In this document: positions 1 to 10,938 of the stretch, piece by piece
Position numbering within the stretch: the stretch's first letter is position 1
How the letters are laid out: the number at the start of each line of letters is the position of its first letter
Source: an uncultured Nitrospinota bacterium
GTDB lineage: Bacteria; Tectomicrobia; Entotheonellia; J063; CAVPRW01
NCBI GenBank assembly: GCA_963707985.1
Contig: CAVPRW010000010.1
Coordinates: 192,001-256,000, forward strand
Direction of reading: 5' to 3'
DNA: 64,000 nt
The notes under the pieces: model-generated
What the model was told of the DNA's origin: nothing
The model's database searches: none
What the model saw: only the letters and a program-made list of their open reading frames with translations
Position numbers and translations under genes: made by a program

Positions 1-1293
1 CGTTCTGGCTGTGCCGCGATCACAACCACCACCTGCTGCCGGCCGGCTTCTGTATCCAGCAACTTACCCAGGGCGGCCAGGTCGATGCCGGAAGGACCCG
101 TGTACAACTGCTCCAACCGTGGGGTGACACTACCGGCCGCCGCGGAATAGCTGGCCGTGAGAAACCCTGTGGCCGCGTCGCTCAGCGTTGGCCCAAGTGT
201 ATCGGCTTGTGTTCTCGCAATGAAGCCTTCGACGATTAGATTGCCGTGCACGGTCACCGTACAGTCATCAGCAACGGTCAAGCAAGGTTTGAACGTTTTC
301 TCGTTGGCAGACCAGGTGCCGATGGTGACCTGGTTGCTGCCGTTGCCTTCCGGCAACTCGATGCGCAAGTCTTCGCGGAAGGTTAGGGTCATTAGGGGCA
401 CCCTGGGCATCTTTGGTGTGATAGATCTGCCATGGCCGAGGGGTCTCGACCACGCCGCCGGTGCCTACTTCGATGGTGCCCCCGTCGACCGTCAAATTGC
501 CATATAAAGTAATGTTGCCGAAAACTGTCGCTGGGCCTTGCGGGTCGATTTGCAAACGAGGTTGTGCTGTCTTCGTCAGCGGATCACTGAGGAAGATCAC
601 AAAGCCGGCGCGGTCTTCTGCTGTCTCAGCTTCCAACTGCACCCGCGCCTGGCCCGAAGGGGTGACGATACTGGTGCCCACTAAGCCGACGTACGGGCGG
701 TCCGCCAGGTTAACACTGTATGTAAAGGGCTGGTTAGGTTTAGGTGGCGTGCGCGTCACCTGACCAAGAAATACTGGCCAGCCGGCCTGCGGGTCGTCAG
801 GTGGCGTACGGGTGGGATCGAAGCTCAAGTCCCCTGCGGGGACGCTCTTCGGCTGGCGGCGGTCAGGGTAAGCCAAGTCAGGCGCTTCGAGCCGGATGAT
901 CGGGAGCTCCAGCCAACGATAGAAGGTATCGGCCTGGCCGTCACCGCAGTTGCCATAGCCCTTGGGCACATCATCGCTGCTCTGTAGCGCATACACCAAC
1001 CATACGTCCAGTACATCCTGCCTCTTTTCGTCAAAACTTTGGGGTGGCAGGGATTGCTGGTCTGCGAGAATAAGATAGCGTCCATAACCATCAACAGCCA
1101 CCCCGGGCAAAACCCACAGATTCCCATCCTTATCCTTGTAAAGTTCTAGGCCGCGTACGATGCCCCAGGTGTGGTGGGCGATGTTGTGCCGACGCTGCAT
1201 TGCCAGGTGATAGGCCTGCTCATCCGTAAAATCCTGCGTGCGCAGGAATTGACGCTCGAAGTAATGGACGCGGGCGATAGTGTTGTTGCTCAT
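1..1293 (-). CDS. eCIS distal (fibre/wedge-like) protein; frameshift near 375; runs off the left edge
   Basis: The N-terminal RVHYFERQFLRTQDFTDEQAYH..HTWGIVRGL motif is shared with three neighbours. After the frameshift it continues LRIELPEG...PCLTVADDCTVTVHGNLIVEG, paralogous to the 1331-3343 protein. Confidence 0.65.
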
Positions 1294-1330
1294 GGTTGTC
1301 AGATTCCTTCAGTTATCAGCATTGCGCTCT

Positions 1331-3343
1331 TCATGGTATTGTCACTTGCCCATTAGCCGATGCCTGCATGACCAAATTCGCCGGTCCAATACCCAGGGCG
1401 ATGACCGCGATGTCGATCATACCCGCAGCGTCAGGTGGCAGTGTATATGTACCGGCGATGGTCATCTCCTGGGAAGGGGAAGGAGGTGGATTGAGAGCGA
1501 ACGGCAAGCCTAGTGGCCCCTGCCGCTGGGATGCCCCATTGAGCATGATGTTCTCATAGACCTGAATACCCAAGATCATGTCCGTGCCAGTATTCGCGAT
1601 TTTGACCGTGTATGATAGTGTACGGCGGGTCGATATCGGATCGATGCTAATCGAGTTTTCGCCGACGTTGACGGTCATCTGCAAGTCAGTCGTGGCGACC
1701 AGGCCCTGCGTTGTCTGACGCAACAAGGCAGCGGCAAAGCGTGGATCGCGTACGTCGGCCTGGATCGGTCCTTCGACGACTTGACGCTGGGCAATCAGGC
1801 CACCGTGTATGATCACGGTGCCGTCGGCCTGCACAGACAGGCAAGGGGCAAACGTGGGTTCGTGCCAATGGCCGATAACCAGCCGACTCCGCCGCGGATC
1901 ACCTTTATCACCAGGATCAACGATTTCCCACCGCAGTTGGTGAACCGGCGCGCCAGCCTGTGTACTCGTAGGCGGACTGCCTGGCGGGCTCACGGGCGGG
2001 ACGATGGTATGATAGATTTGCCACGGCGCAGCGGCTATCGGCGGTTCCGGCAGGGGACGGAACTCGATACCCCAAGCCTCTGGCGTGGATGCCTGGGGGG
2101 TGCGAATGAAGTCGGAATACACAACTTCGAGAAGGATGCGATTCAGGAGTGCGAGGTTTTCTCCGCTAGCTCCACGCGTCAGTGCTGTGCGGATTTCCGG
2201 CCGCAGCGGTACATGTCGAAAGCGTTGCGGGTCATACAGCGGACCACTCTTGATTATTCGGTTGAGGGTCGCGGCCAGATACGTTGTGATCCTCTCAGGC
2301 GAACGGAACGACTCGAGGTGATTCGCAAAGCGGCGTTGAGCAAATGCTGGCAACCGCCCTGCAATGTGACGCGTGAGACGGTCGGTGGTAGTTGCCAACG
2401 CGGCCGCCAGACCGGCGGGGTCGAGGATATCCCCAGCGCTGAATGACGAGGCCACTGGCGCCACCAGCAGGTTACCAGCCTGATTGCTATAGCCAGTGAG
2501 CCTCATATTCCCGTGCAGGGTCGTCTCTCCAGTATTGTCAATTGTCAGTCGCTCGCCTAGGAGAACCCTGGTCTCGTCCGGGAAGCTGACGGTAAAGCGC
2601 TGGCGGCCATGATCCGATTGGGCAAGCTGCATGCGAGCCTTGCCGGTGGGGGAAGTGACGGTCTCGCCGACCAGTGTAACGTACGGCCGGCGGGCGAGAT
2701 CGACGTCATAGATCCGTGTGTCTGAGCCGTCCTGTAACCTCGAGCGCAGTTGCCCCAGAAAGACCGGCCATTCGTGACCTTGATCGTCGGGCGCGTCTTG
2801 GTCCGGGCCGAAGTCCCAGTCTGCACTGGGTACCTCCGGTGGCTTGCGGGGATCGCTGTGGTTACCCGGTCGCAGGCGTAATGCAGGTGCCTCGATCCAA
2901 CGGCTGTGCCGGTCTGACCCAGACTCCCAGCGTCCCCGCTGCGGAGGCGTTGCCGCTATGCGCTGGTAGACCAGCCATACGCCAATGGATTGCCATCCCT
3001 CCGCATCAGATATACTCCCTACTCGATCAAACAGTATTTGTCCGGTGGCTCCAGACGGGGCCACCGCTGGCCACGATGCGCCCCATTGTCCACTCTCTCG
3101 GACCCATGGCACGGAGACCGGATCGGGTACAATGAGTTCGCGGCCATAGCCATCGATGGCCATGCCCGGTTGCACTGCAAACCCGGCTTGCCCCGCGACC
3201 AGCGCCAGGCCTGTGACGATCCCCCAACCATGTCCGCCGATGTAATGACGGCGGCGTATGGCCAGACGGTATGCCTGCTCGTCATTGAGATCTGCGGTTC
3301 GCAGCGGCTGCTGCTCGCGATACCGTACACGCATCGTCGTCAT
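1331..3343 (-). CDS. eCIS distal (fibre/wedge-like) protein with a C-terminal Ig-like beta domain
   Basis: RVRYREQQPLRTADLNDEQAYR..GWGIVTGL N-terminus; C-terminal LSYTVKIANTG Ig-like motif; operonic. Confidence 0.65.
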   Translation of the reverse strand: MTTMRVRYREQQPLRTADLNDEQAYRLAIRRRHYIGGHGWGIVTGLALVAGQAGFAVQPGMAIDGYGRELIVPDPVSVPWVRESGQWGASWPAVAPSGATGQILFDRVGSISDAEGWQSIGVWLVYQRIAATPPQRGRWESGSDRHSRWIEAPALRLRPGNHSDPRKPPEVPSADWDFGPDQDAPDDQGHEWPVFLGQLRSRLQDGSDTRIYDVDLARRPYVTLVGETVTSPTGKARMQLAQSDHGRQRFTVSFPDETRVLLGERLTIDNTGETTLHGNMRLTGYSNQAGNLLVAPVASSFSAGDILDPAGLAAALATTTDRLTRHIAGRLPAFAQRRFANHLESFRSPERITTYLAATLNRIIKSGPLYDPQRFRHVPLRPEIRTALTRGASGENLALLNRILLEVVYSDFIRTPQASTPEAWGIEFRPLPEPPIAAAPWQIYHTIVPPVSPPGSPPTSTQAGAPVHQLRWEIVDPGDKGDPRRSRLVIGHWHEPTFAPCLSVQADGTVIIHGGLIAQRQVVEGPIQADVRDPRFAAALLRQTTQGLVATTDLQMTVNVGENSISIDPISTRRTLSYTVKIANTGTDMILGIQVYENIMLNGASQRQGPLGLPFALNPPPSPSQEMTIAGTYTLPPDAAGMIDIAVIALGIGPANLVMQASANGQVTIP

Positions 3344-3580
3344 TAGGGTCCCCCATTGCCAGGACACGTACCGTAGGGCTAAGGTGATAACTACCCCCCA
3401 TGTCCAGAAGGCAGGCGCGCTACCCAGTATCTGCAGCGTTAGGAGCTCGACCGGGGCGTGCCCCGTCTCCCTGGTGCGGCTGAGCGGGTTGCCCCACCAC
3501 TTGCCGCCGGCGATTCCTCCGGTGCATCCAGGGCAGGCGGCGTCTCCTGGTCCACCACATGCGCGGCTTCTGGCGCCGGA

Positions 3581-4873
3581 CTAGTCGCCGCTGCTGCGGA
3601 AACCGACCACCCGTCGGCCCCAGCCGGGGCCCATATCCACCCATTGCACGACCGTGCCCTGGCCGCAGGACAGGAACAGGTCCTCTCCGAACGTCTGCGC
3701 GAGCCCGCTAACGGTGGTAGGCATGGGGTACGGTTCATCACCGTGCACGCGGATACCCAGGTTCGTCAGTACGGCACAAGCTTCCTCTACACGACGCCAG
3801 ATCACAGGGCCAACGTTGGCCTGGCCTAGGGGCGCCGGCCAGCACTCCGGACTCAACAACCGGCGATAGGGAGGTGACGTGTCGATTGCCAACACGTGGC
3901 AGGCACGCTGACCGTGATTATTCCCCACCCGCAGCCAGACACGGGCGAGCGGCACTCCCTGGCCCTCCAGGCAACGATAGCAGTCACAGGCCAGGAAAGC
4001 ATTGCGGTAGTCTAGAGCGAGCCAGAAGATGATCTGAGCCACCCGTGCTTCGGTAAATTCTGCGTCTTCCATGGTGCAGAGGCAGTCCCACAGCGAACAG
4101 AACTGGTGCAGAGGGTACTTTTTAATCCAGTCTAGGAGCCACTTACGCACATCTTTACCGTTCGGGCTCTGCTGCCCTCTCCACCAGTCGAGGAATGCGG
4201 GAACTACAGCAAGTGACTGTCGATATGCTGTGCGCCAGCGTTCGGCGGCTGCGGTTACTGGATCGCTGCTGATGGTGTCAGCATGCCAGGTGACGCTATG
4301 CGTCTCGCGCATCCGGCCATACTCACACGCACTCAACTGGCTGCAAGCATTACGGCCGAGCGGGGTTTGCGGCTCGGCGCCCTCCTCACGGTAGTGAAGA
4401 ACCAGCTCCACCACCCGGATCTCGTCGGCCGGCCACGAGCAACCGAAGAGTGTTACCGGCGGCGACTCTCCGCCCTGAGCGCTCTGCCCCATGCGCGGCT
4501 CGCACGGGTCTGGCTCACTGCGACAGACATCCGCCAGATTGACTGAGTATGGCAGGGCGACGACAATATCGTCGCCACAGCAACTGATAGCGTACCCAGG
4601 GCTGACCATCACCTGGTCGGCCTGTTGCGGGACGCAATGTACGTCCAGCCCGCACACCACCCCCCAGCCATGCCGGTAGCGGGCCAGGCGAAGCTTGTCT
4701 TGCCCCCAGCGCAGCAACGACATCAGGTCCTGGTCGGTCAGGAGTTGCCCACAGAAAAAGTGGGGCTGGACCAGGGTATCCAGGCTGCAACAGGTCTGGT
4801 CACCGGACACTTGACTCCCCGGCATGGGGTATGCGGGTGTTGTCGTTGGTACCGTGATAGTCCGCGCGATCAT
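3581..4873 (-). CDS. eCIS-associated Cys-rich protein
   Basis: PHFFCGQLLTDQDL..RHGWGVVCGLDV motif. A low-complexity tail to about 3439 may be joined by a frameshift. Confidence 0.65.
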   Translation of the reverse strand: MIARTITVPTTTPAYPMPGSQVSGDQTCCSLDTLVQPHFFCGQLLTDQDLMSLLRWGQDKLRLARYRHGWGVVCGLDVHCVPQQADQVMVSPGYAISCCGDDIVVALPYSVNLADVCRSEPDPCEPRMGQSAQGGESPPVTLFGCSWPADEIRVVELVLHYREEGAEPQTPLGRNACSQLSACEYGRMRETHSVTWHADTISSDPVTAAAERWRTAYRQSLAVVPAFLDWWRGQQSPNGKDVRKWLLDWIKKYPLHQFCSLWDCLCTMEDAEFTEARVAQIIFWLALDYRNAFLACDCYRCLEGQGVPLARVWLRVGNNHGQRACHVLAIDTSPPYRRLLSPECWPAPLGQANVGPVIWRRVEEACAVLTNLGIRVHGDEPYPMPTTVSGLAQTFGEDLFLSCGQGTVVQWVDMGPGWGRRVVGFRSSGD

Positions 4874-4875
4874 AG

Positions 4876-6160
4876 TTATGTCTCCTCCGTATAGCCATCG
4901 GCCACCACGCGGAACCAGCTCTCGAACGTGCCGCCTTTGACACCATCGCCACTGGGGAGGCGCCCGCCCAGGAAATTGCCATCGACGGGGTTACCGTGGC
5001 AATCGAGAATAAAATCGCACTTGAGTGTGACGTAGATTATGTTACTCGTGAGATTTTCCCCTCTGGGCCGGAGAACCCGAGGTTCGATGGTGAACACGGC
5101 TAGGCACCCATCCTCTTCTAGGTGGGGTGGTTTGTCCTCTTCATAGCGTGTGAAGTCGAAGGTCTCGTCCTCGTCGCGATCCATCACGACAAACGTGTGT
5201 ACACTGATGCCGGTCGCTTCGCCCTCGCCCGGGAAGCAGCCTCCGGTCGAAGCGGATCTCCAATCGACCCTGCATGGTCTCGCGCAGGTGGGAGAGAGTG
5301 ACTTCGCCGCCGTGCGGCCAGTTGATACTCACAATGTGGGTGAGCAGTTCGGAGGCGGTCTCCACATAGCGCCGACCCTGGTCATCGATGTCGAAGCCAG
5401 CTGTGTAGTCAGTGTAGCCATCGAGTGGATGAATAAGCACCAATGGGACCATGCCGCCACATGGGCAGACCGGCTCCAAACAGGCGCCGGTGGGTCCCCG
5501 AATATCGTCGTCGCAGTCATCACGGCAGGGCGTGACCCCTTGGCTGGTTCGCTCGCGCCAGCAGTCACCCTGGACTTGGTCGCGGCGGCGGACCACCAAG
5601 CGTGCGCCCTCACGCACACGGTTGGCCTCCAGGCGACGGGGATCGTGAGCGCCTTCCGCGTACAGCACCGGCGTACATTCGATCTCCGTTTCCTCGTAAC
5701 AGAGGCCGAGGAGAAACTCGCCCTCCATGGCGCCGGTCTCCGGCGCGTACGACTCGCGAGGCGCTCCTGCCGACCCTTCGCCCGCCATATGTGCCGCCGC
5801 ATAGTGGGGCAGTGGTAACTCGAAGTACATTTTCTTAGGCACCACAATTTCCCGACCGCAACAGTCGAGGGCAATACCGGGGCTGATCACCACCCAGCGC
5901 TTGGCACAGTCGGTGTCAAGATGGTGCGTCCAGTCGGGGTGATGGCTGACCTCCAGCCCACAGATGATGCCCCAACCGTGGAGCAGGCGGGCATGCAGCC
6001 GATGGCGGCTCAGGAAGTACTCCTGCTCATCCCGGAAGTCTCGGGCGGTCATGTACTTGCCAGTATAGTAGCGATTGCGCTCTGTTGCGATTCCCCCACA
6101 GCTCGATGAGCACGGCTCAGGTTCCGTGTGGGATGAGCGTTGAAAGCTTTCTGAGAGCAT
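4876..6160 (-). CDS. eCIS-associated protein (frameshift near 5230 joins ORFs 5141-6160 and 4876-5187)
   Basis: RNRYYTGKYMTARDFRDEQEYF..LHGWGIICGLEV; C-terminal LKCDFILDCHGNPVDGNFLGGRLPSGDGVKGGTFESWF. Confidence 0.7.
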
Positions 6161-6190
6161 CGTCTATCTCCTCCATCGTTATCCGCAATC

Positions 6191-8503
6191 TTATGAAAGA
6201 AGAGTTTCGATTCCCAGTCGGGTAGCCGGAGTCAGATGCAGTGGTGCTGATGGTTGTCCGGTTAGAATCGTGTCATACCCCAACCGGTGGCGGGGTGCTG
6301 CGCTTGGAGGCATCTCCTTCGTCTCATGGGTGCAGGTCAGCTGTGCGGTCGGATAGTCTCCAATAATGGTATCCAGACCCAGCGTCGCCTGGACGCCGAT
6401 GCGAAAGCGAGCCTCAACCAGGCATAAATCATAAGCCGTATGGAGTGGTTTCTCAGCGTCTACAGCCCGCCGGACCATCTGCTCGTCCTCAGCCGTCCGC
6501 ACCCAGGCCGCGGGCACGAAAACACGAAAGTGGTGAGCATATGTATGGAATAAGTCACGTTCCGGATCACCGGTGGATATCAGACGTACGTCGCCTTCCT
6601 GCGCAAACACGTCTAACTGCAGTCTTCCCACCATCTTTGGACCCCATAGGAGTGATTGGAGGCCCAAGTCAGCCTGTGTGGACAACATCAAGCGTCGGCG
6701 TTCACGAAACCCTTCGATAATCAGTGGGTATGCCCGTTGTTCGTCCGGCGTCAGTCCAACGATATTCTGTAGGTAAACTTGGAGGTAACGCCGTAGACCA
6801 GCCGACGTCCCCCGTTGAGGGTATATAGTATGCGCCGCTTTCAGCAGGTTGCGTTTCTGCTCTGATGACCAGGTTCCCTCCAGGGGCAAGGCCAGCCAGC
6901 GAGCCAGCTCCTCCAGGAAAGGGCCGGGCGGCACCGCCCCCGGGTCGAACAGGCGGCTGATCTCTTCGTTCTGGCGTTCTATGGCGTCCCATTCGGTCTG
7001 GAAGATCGATAGAAAGCGCTCCAGAAACCACCGACTACTGTCATCCCCCGCATATATGGCCGGCAAATATTGTAGATAGGACTGGCGAGGGTAGTGAATC
7101 CGCAGCGCCTGGATCTCAGGGGAGCTGTAGCCGTCGCCGAACAGTTCGAGCTTGAGCCAAAGATATTGACCTTCCCGACTCTGGATGAGGAACTCATGGG
7201 CGTCGCGTGCCGGCGAATATGAGGTGCATTGCTCTGGATCAATCTTTGTCAGCCCGGTTGATGGCGGTGGCTGCATCTGTCCGGCAATGGTGTAGTCCAC
7301 GGTCCACAAGGGCGAGTTTGGCGATTCCGGTCCTGGGCCTGCATCGGTGCTATAACTACTGACGACAACCTGTGTGCCCGCCGGAAGAGTCGCCAGTTCT
7401 AGCTCGATCCTGTGCCATTGACAGTGGTAGATGCCGCTATCAAGTTGGTCACTGTACCATGTGCCCGCGCTCGCATAGAGATGTGGTCCTACCGGTTCAG
7501 CCGGATCGAAGTGCGCCCGCCGTCCTTCGCGGTCGAAGATCAATCCTGATGGAGCGGTCTGTGCCTGGGCCAGTGGCAGGCATGGCGTCAGTGGGCTTTC
7601 CACCGCTAATGTGGCATGCGCTTGACGGCTGCACAACCGCATGAGGCCAGGGGGCAGGCAGAAACGGCCGGTCGCTGGGTCGTCGTTCGGCGTCCTATAG
7701 TACAAGCGCACAGCTGGGATGCCGAAGCGATCACGCACCTCTCCAGTGTCTCGCACTTCGCCCAAATAGTGACCCATCGGATCGAAGATTTGCAGTCTCG
7801 GCGCGGCGTGATCAAGTAGATAGATGCGTCCCGCGCGATCCACGGCAATGCGGCTCCAACGGTTGTGCGCTGCCGGATCAGTGACCACGAGCGTAAGCCG
7901 ATCCGTGCCAGGCTGATGACGATAGACTCGACCGTGCCTCCCGTCCAGGATATACGCCGCTCCGTGCTGAGCGGTCACATCCACGGGCTCCCAGGCATCA
8001 TCGGCGTCCGCCGCAATTTGCCGGCCAGCGGCGTCCCAAGGCCCCCACAGGTGGCGCAGCGGCAGAGCTGGGATGAGCGCAAAAACCTGTACCCGGCGAT
8101 TGCCTCGGTCGGCCACGTATAAGTCATGACCAGCGATGGCTAGATTGGCAGGTTGGTGGAACTGGCGAGCATCCTGGCCTTCACCACCAACACCCGGGAG
8201 GCTCACAAAGCGGCGCAGTGGGGGATCAAACCGCAGGATCGTTGGCTGACGCAGGCTCAACAGATACAGTAAACCTTCCATATCGAAGGCCATGCCGCGC
8301 GCGAGCGTCAGCCCCCCAAGGCTGTCGTCGAGCCAGGTGAGGCTGAGCGGCCCAGTCGGCTGCCCGTGCGCATCGGTTACGGCCGTCAAGCGGATGCTCG
8401 TCTTACTCACGGCCACACCCTGGCTCGGTGGACTATCGGCCGTGTGCCAACCGAGTTGGCCATTGAGTGGCCAAAAAGTAGCTATTGGCGTTTGCATGGT
8501 CAA
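6191..8503 (-). CDS. Phage tail protein I-like baseplate wedge protein with N-terminal NHL/beta-propeller repeats
   Basis: NHL-like segment FHQPANLAIAGHDLYVADRGNRRVQVF; tail-I motifs YLPAIY..FLERFLSIFQ, FDP..VP..FL..LA.WL, RGT..GL. Follows baseplate J with a 4-bp overlap. Confidence 0.8.
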   Translation of the reverse strand: MTMQTPIATFWPLNGQLGWHTADSPPSQGVAVSKTSIRLTAVTDAHGQPTGPLSLTWLDDSLGGLTLARGMAFDMEGLLYLLSLRQPTILRFDPPLRRFVSLPGVGGEGQDARQFHQPANLAIAGHDLYVADRGNRRVQVFALIPALPLRHLWGPWDAAGRQIAADADDAWEPVDVTAQHGAAYILDGRHGRVYRHQPGTDRLTLVVTDPAAHNRWSRIAVDRAGRIYLLDHAAPRLQIFDPMGHYLGEVRDTGEVRDRFGIPAVRLYYRTPNDDPATGRFCLPPGLMRLCSRQAHATLAVESPLTPCLPLAQAQTAPSGLIFDREGRRAHFDPAEPVGPHLYASAGTWYSDQLDSGIYHCQWHRIELELATLPAGTQVVVSSYSTDAGPGPESPNSPLWTVDYTIAGQMQPPPSTGLTKIDPEQCTSYSPARDAHEFLIQSREGQYLWLKLELFGDGYSSPEIQALRIHYPRQSYLQYLPAIYAGDDSSRWFLERFLSIFQTEWDAIERQNEEISRLFDPGAVPPGPFLEELARWLALPLEGTWSSEQKRNLLKAAHTIYPQRGTSAGLRRYLQVYLQNIVGLTPDEQRAYPLIIEGFRERRRLMLSTQADLGLQSLLWGPKMVGRLQLDVFAQEGDVRLISTGDPERDLFHTYAHHFRVFVPAAWVRTAEDEQMVRRAVDAEKPLHTAYDLCLVEARFRIGVQATLGLDTIIGDYPTAQLTCTHETKEMPPSAAPRHRLGYDTILTGQPSAPLHLTPATRLGIETLLS

Positions 8504-10497
8504 TTCGTGTCCTGGAATCGCTCTACGATAATGTCGTGGTTGAGTGCACCATACAGCAGACCGTCGCGTAGCACCTTGACAGCTTCCGTGAGGCGATCGT
8601 GTGGCTGGTCGTTAACAGTGAGTTCCAGATTAAGCACTTGCCTGACGTCGGCAACACTTAAGATCACGGCATATAAACTCGTTGGGAAAAGGTCCAGGCC
8701 AAAATCTGCACCAGACAGCTCACTACCCGCCCGTCCCAACGGGTCCAGAAAAGCGTTCAATTTGTCTTTCACCCGGCGCGCGACGTCGTCGAACGCTGCA
8801 TATGGCTGAGCTGAGACACGGGCCATGACCCGAATCTTCTGATACTCTGGCCCTTTGACATATAGTTCTGTGGTCAACAGGCGACGAGGCTCGAGATAAC
8901 GACAGACCTGTTCAAGCTGGGCCTGGGAAGGTTGGGGTGGCACATCCTCACTGTCGGGAACGACCACGATAGTAATCGCCCCAGGCACCTCCACCCCCCG
9001 ATGATCGGGGTGCATCAATGAAATGGCAGTCGCTTTGGCAATGCCACCGACCTCCATGGCTAGCGCGGCAAAGTCGGTCATGGATACCGCCCGATTGCGA
9101 TGGCGTAACCTAACGGGCGCCTGTTGTTTGAACTCCTCGATATCCTGCTCATCCTGGCCACCCACGGCCGGACGATCATTGGTTACTTTCTCAACACCAG
9201 TGAGGACAGTCAGGGGTGCATTGATCAGCCCCGCGCTGACATTGCCCGCTTTCCCGCCGCCGTAGCGATAGAGGCGCGCGACAATTTCCGCGCCGGCAGT
9301 GGGAATGCGCCCCTTCTTACCATCGCCGAAGCGGATCTCACCGGTGGCCGCGTTCAAGACGTAATGGGGATCATCCGGTCCCGAAGCAAGCAGATCTGGC
9401 TTCAGGAACCACGGTTCGGCTGTCTGACCTGTCTCTTGGATCCACAAAGCCAGTGCGCCGGATGCACCGTCGGCGCGGACCGTGGTTTCCATTGGAACCC
9501 AGACAGGCTGGTGCTGCAGGGTAAAAACCTGATTCGGCAGACCTTGGCTGATGCCGACAAGTTCGTCGCGGATCGTGGACAAGTTCTCGGCTTCGACGAC
9601 ATTGGCTCGGATGAACTCGATGACCGGAGCGCGGCCAGCCGGATAACTCCCCTCAGCTAACCGGACACGAAGCCAATACATTGCCTCTGACACCTTCCCC
9701 TCACTGGTCGCGACAACATCTGCGGCCGGCCCTTCCACTTGAATGTTGCCCTCACGGGTGAAGGCGATACTCGCGTCTTCATACACATTCAGCCGCTGCC
9801 AACGGGGTGGGGAGGCCTGTTGTCGGTACTCCCATACTAGGATTACGGGCGGTGTCGGCAGTAGGGTGAGATCAGCGCAGTGCACCGGCAGGCCCGCTTG
9901 AGTGACGAGCGGCCTAAAAACACGGAAGCGCATCTCTTGCGGGAAGAACGGTGCCTGCGCCTGTGGTGAGGGGGCAAAGCCCAAGTAAAGGGCGCTGCCG
10001 ACTTGCGGCACCCAGCCTAGAGGCTGGATGGTTGGGCCGGGAGACATGTTAGCCAGGCTTACGTCGGTAAAAGCTGCGCCGTCAAACACCTGCACTTTGG
10101 TCAGAGGCAGCCGGATCAGGTCCAGGCCCGCAGTGGTCTCAAAAATCAGTGGGTTGCCGCCGCCGGGGGGTTGGGCGCTGATCTGTGAGCGGGGCAGCAC
10201 GGATTGCACCTGGGCGCCGAGCTGCGGGCTAAAAGTCAAGTAGGCGACGGCCGGCTGGGCCGGCCGCAACTCCATGCCCAAGAGTTGCAGAAACTTAATG
10301 TAATTCCGATCCGGAATGCGATTCATCTCATAGAGCATCATCTCTGTCAACCAGGCGAACAATTCCACCAGGGTGACGCCAGGATCGCTCTCATTGAAAT
10401 CGGTCCACTCTGGCGTGTAGCGCGGGATACGCAATAGCGCCAGGCTTTTCAATCTGTCGAATGTTCGCGTGTCTAGTTGTGGCGCTTCAAGTGGCAT
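8500..10497 (-). CDS. Baseplate assembly protein J/gp47 (Afp11-like)
   Basis: MPLEAPQLDTRTF..IPRYTPEWTDFNESDPGVTLVELFAW; FGDG..GRIP; RAVS..DF. Confidence 0.93.
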   Translation of the reverse strand: MPLEAPQLDTRTFDRLKSLALLRIPRYTPEWTDFNESDPGVTLVELFAWLTEMMLYEMNRIPDRNYIKFLQLLGMELRPAQPAVAYLTFSPQLGAQVQSVLPRSQISAQPPGGGNPLIFETTAGLDLIRLPLTKVQVFDGAAFTDVSLANMSPGPTIQPLGWVPQVGSALYLGFAPSPQAQAPFFPQEMRFRVFRPLVTQAGLPVHCADLTLLPTPPVILVWEYRQQASPPRWQRLNVYEDASIAFTREGNIQVEGPAADVVATSEGKVSEAMYWLRVRLAEGSYPAGRAPVIEFIRANVVEAENLSTIRDELVGISQGLPNQVFTLQHQPVWVPMETTVRADGASGALALWIQETGQTAEPWFLKPDLLASGPDDPHYVLNAATGEIRFGDGKKGRIPTAGAEIVARLYRYGGGKAGNVSAGLINAPLTVLTGVEKVTNDRPAVGGQDEQDIEEFKQQAPVRLRHRNRAVSMTDFAALAMEVGGIAKATAISLMHPDHRGVEVPGAITIVVVPDSEDVPPQPSQAQLEQVCRYLEPRRLLTTELYVKGPEYQKIRVMARVSAQPYAAFDDVARRVKDKLNAFLDPLGRAGSELSGADFGLDLFPTSLYAVILSVADVRQVLNLELTVNDQPHDRLTEAVKVLRDGLLYGALNHDIIVERFQDTN

Positions 10498-10521
10498 ATG
10501 TGGCTTCCCATGGCGGCAAGG

Positions 10522-10920
10522 TCAACTGACCCCTTCGTTGATAAATAGAGGATAAACAAGGTTATAAAATGAATTACTGCTACGCACCCGATAATCGATA
10601 CGAATCAACAGATAATTGCGCGGCTCGGTTGGTGTCTCGACGCGCACATCCAGCACGTCAATACGCGGCTCCCAACGCGTCAGGGCGTCCTGAACCTTGC
10701 CCTGGACAAGACCGCGTAAGGCTGCTGTATTGGCTTGAAAGACAAGATCATGAATACCACAGCCAAATTCAGGGAGCATTTGCCGTTCCCCCGGCGCTGT
10801 GCTGAGAATCAGCCAGATACTCTGACGGATCTTATCGGGACCGCCGAGAAAGGACAAACGTCCGAGTGGTCCGGGCGTGATTGGAAAGGGCCATCCGCGG
10901 CCAAGAATATCCTTTTCCAC
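10522..10920 (-). CDS. GPW/gp25 baseplate protein (Afp9-like)
   Basis: LGRGWPFP..IRQSIWLILSTAPGER.M.PEFGCG..WEPRI..NLVYP. Confidence 0.95.
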   Translation of the reverse strand: MEKDILGRGWPFPITPGPLGRLSFLGGPDKIRQSIWLILSTAPGERQMLPEFGCGIHDLVFQANTAALRGLVQGKVQDALTRWEPRIDVLDVRVETPTEPRNYLLIRIDYRVRSSNSFYNLVYPLFINEGVS

Positions 10921-10938
10921 ATGATCCTCACTCTCTGA

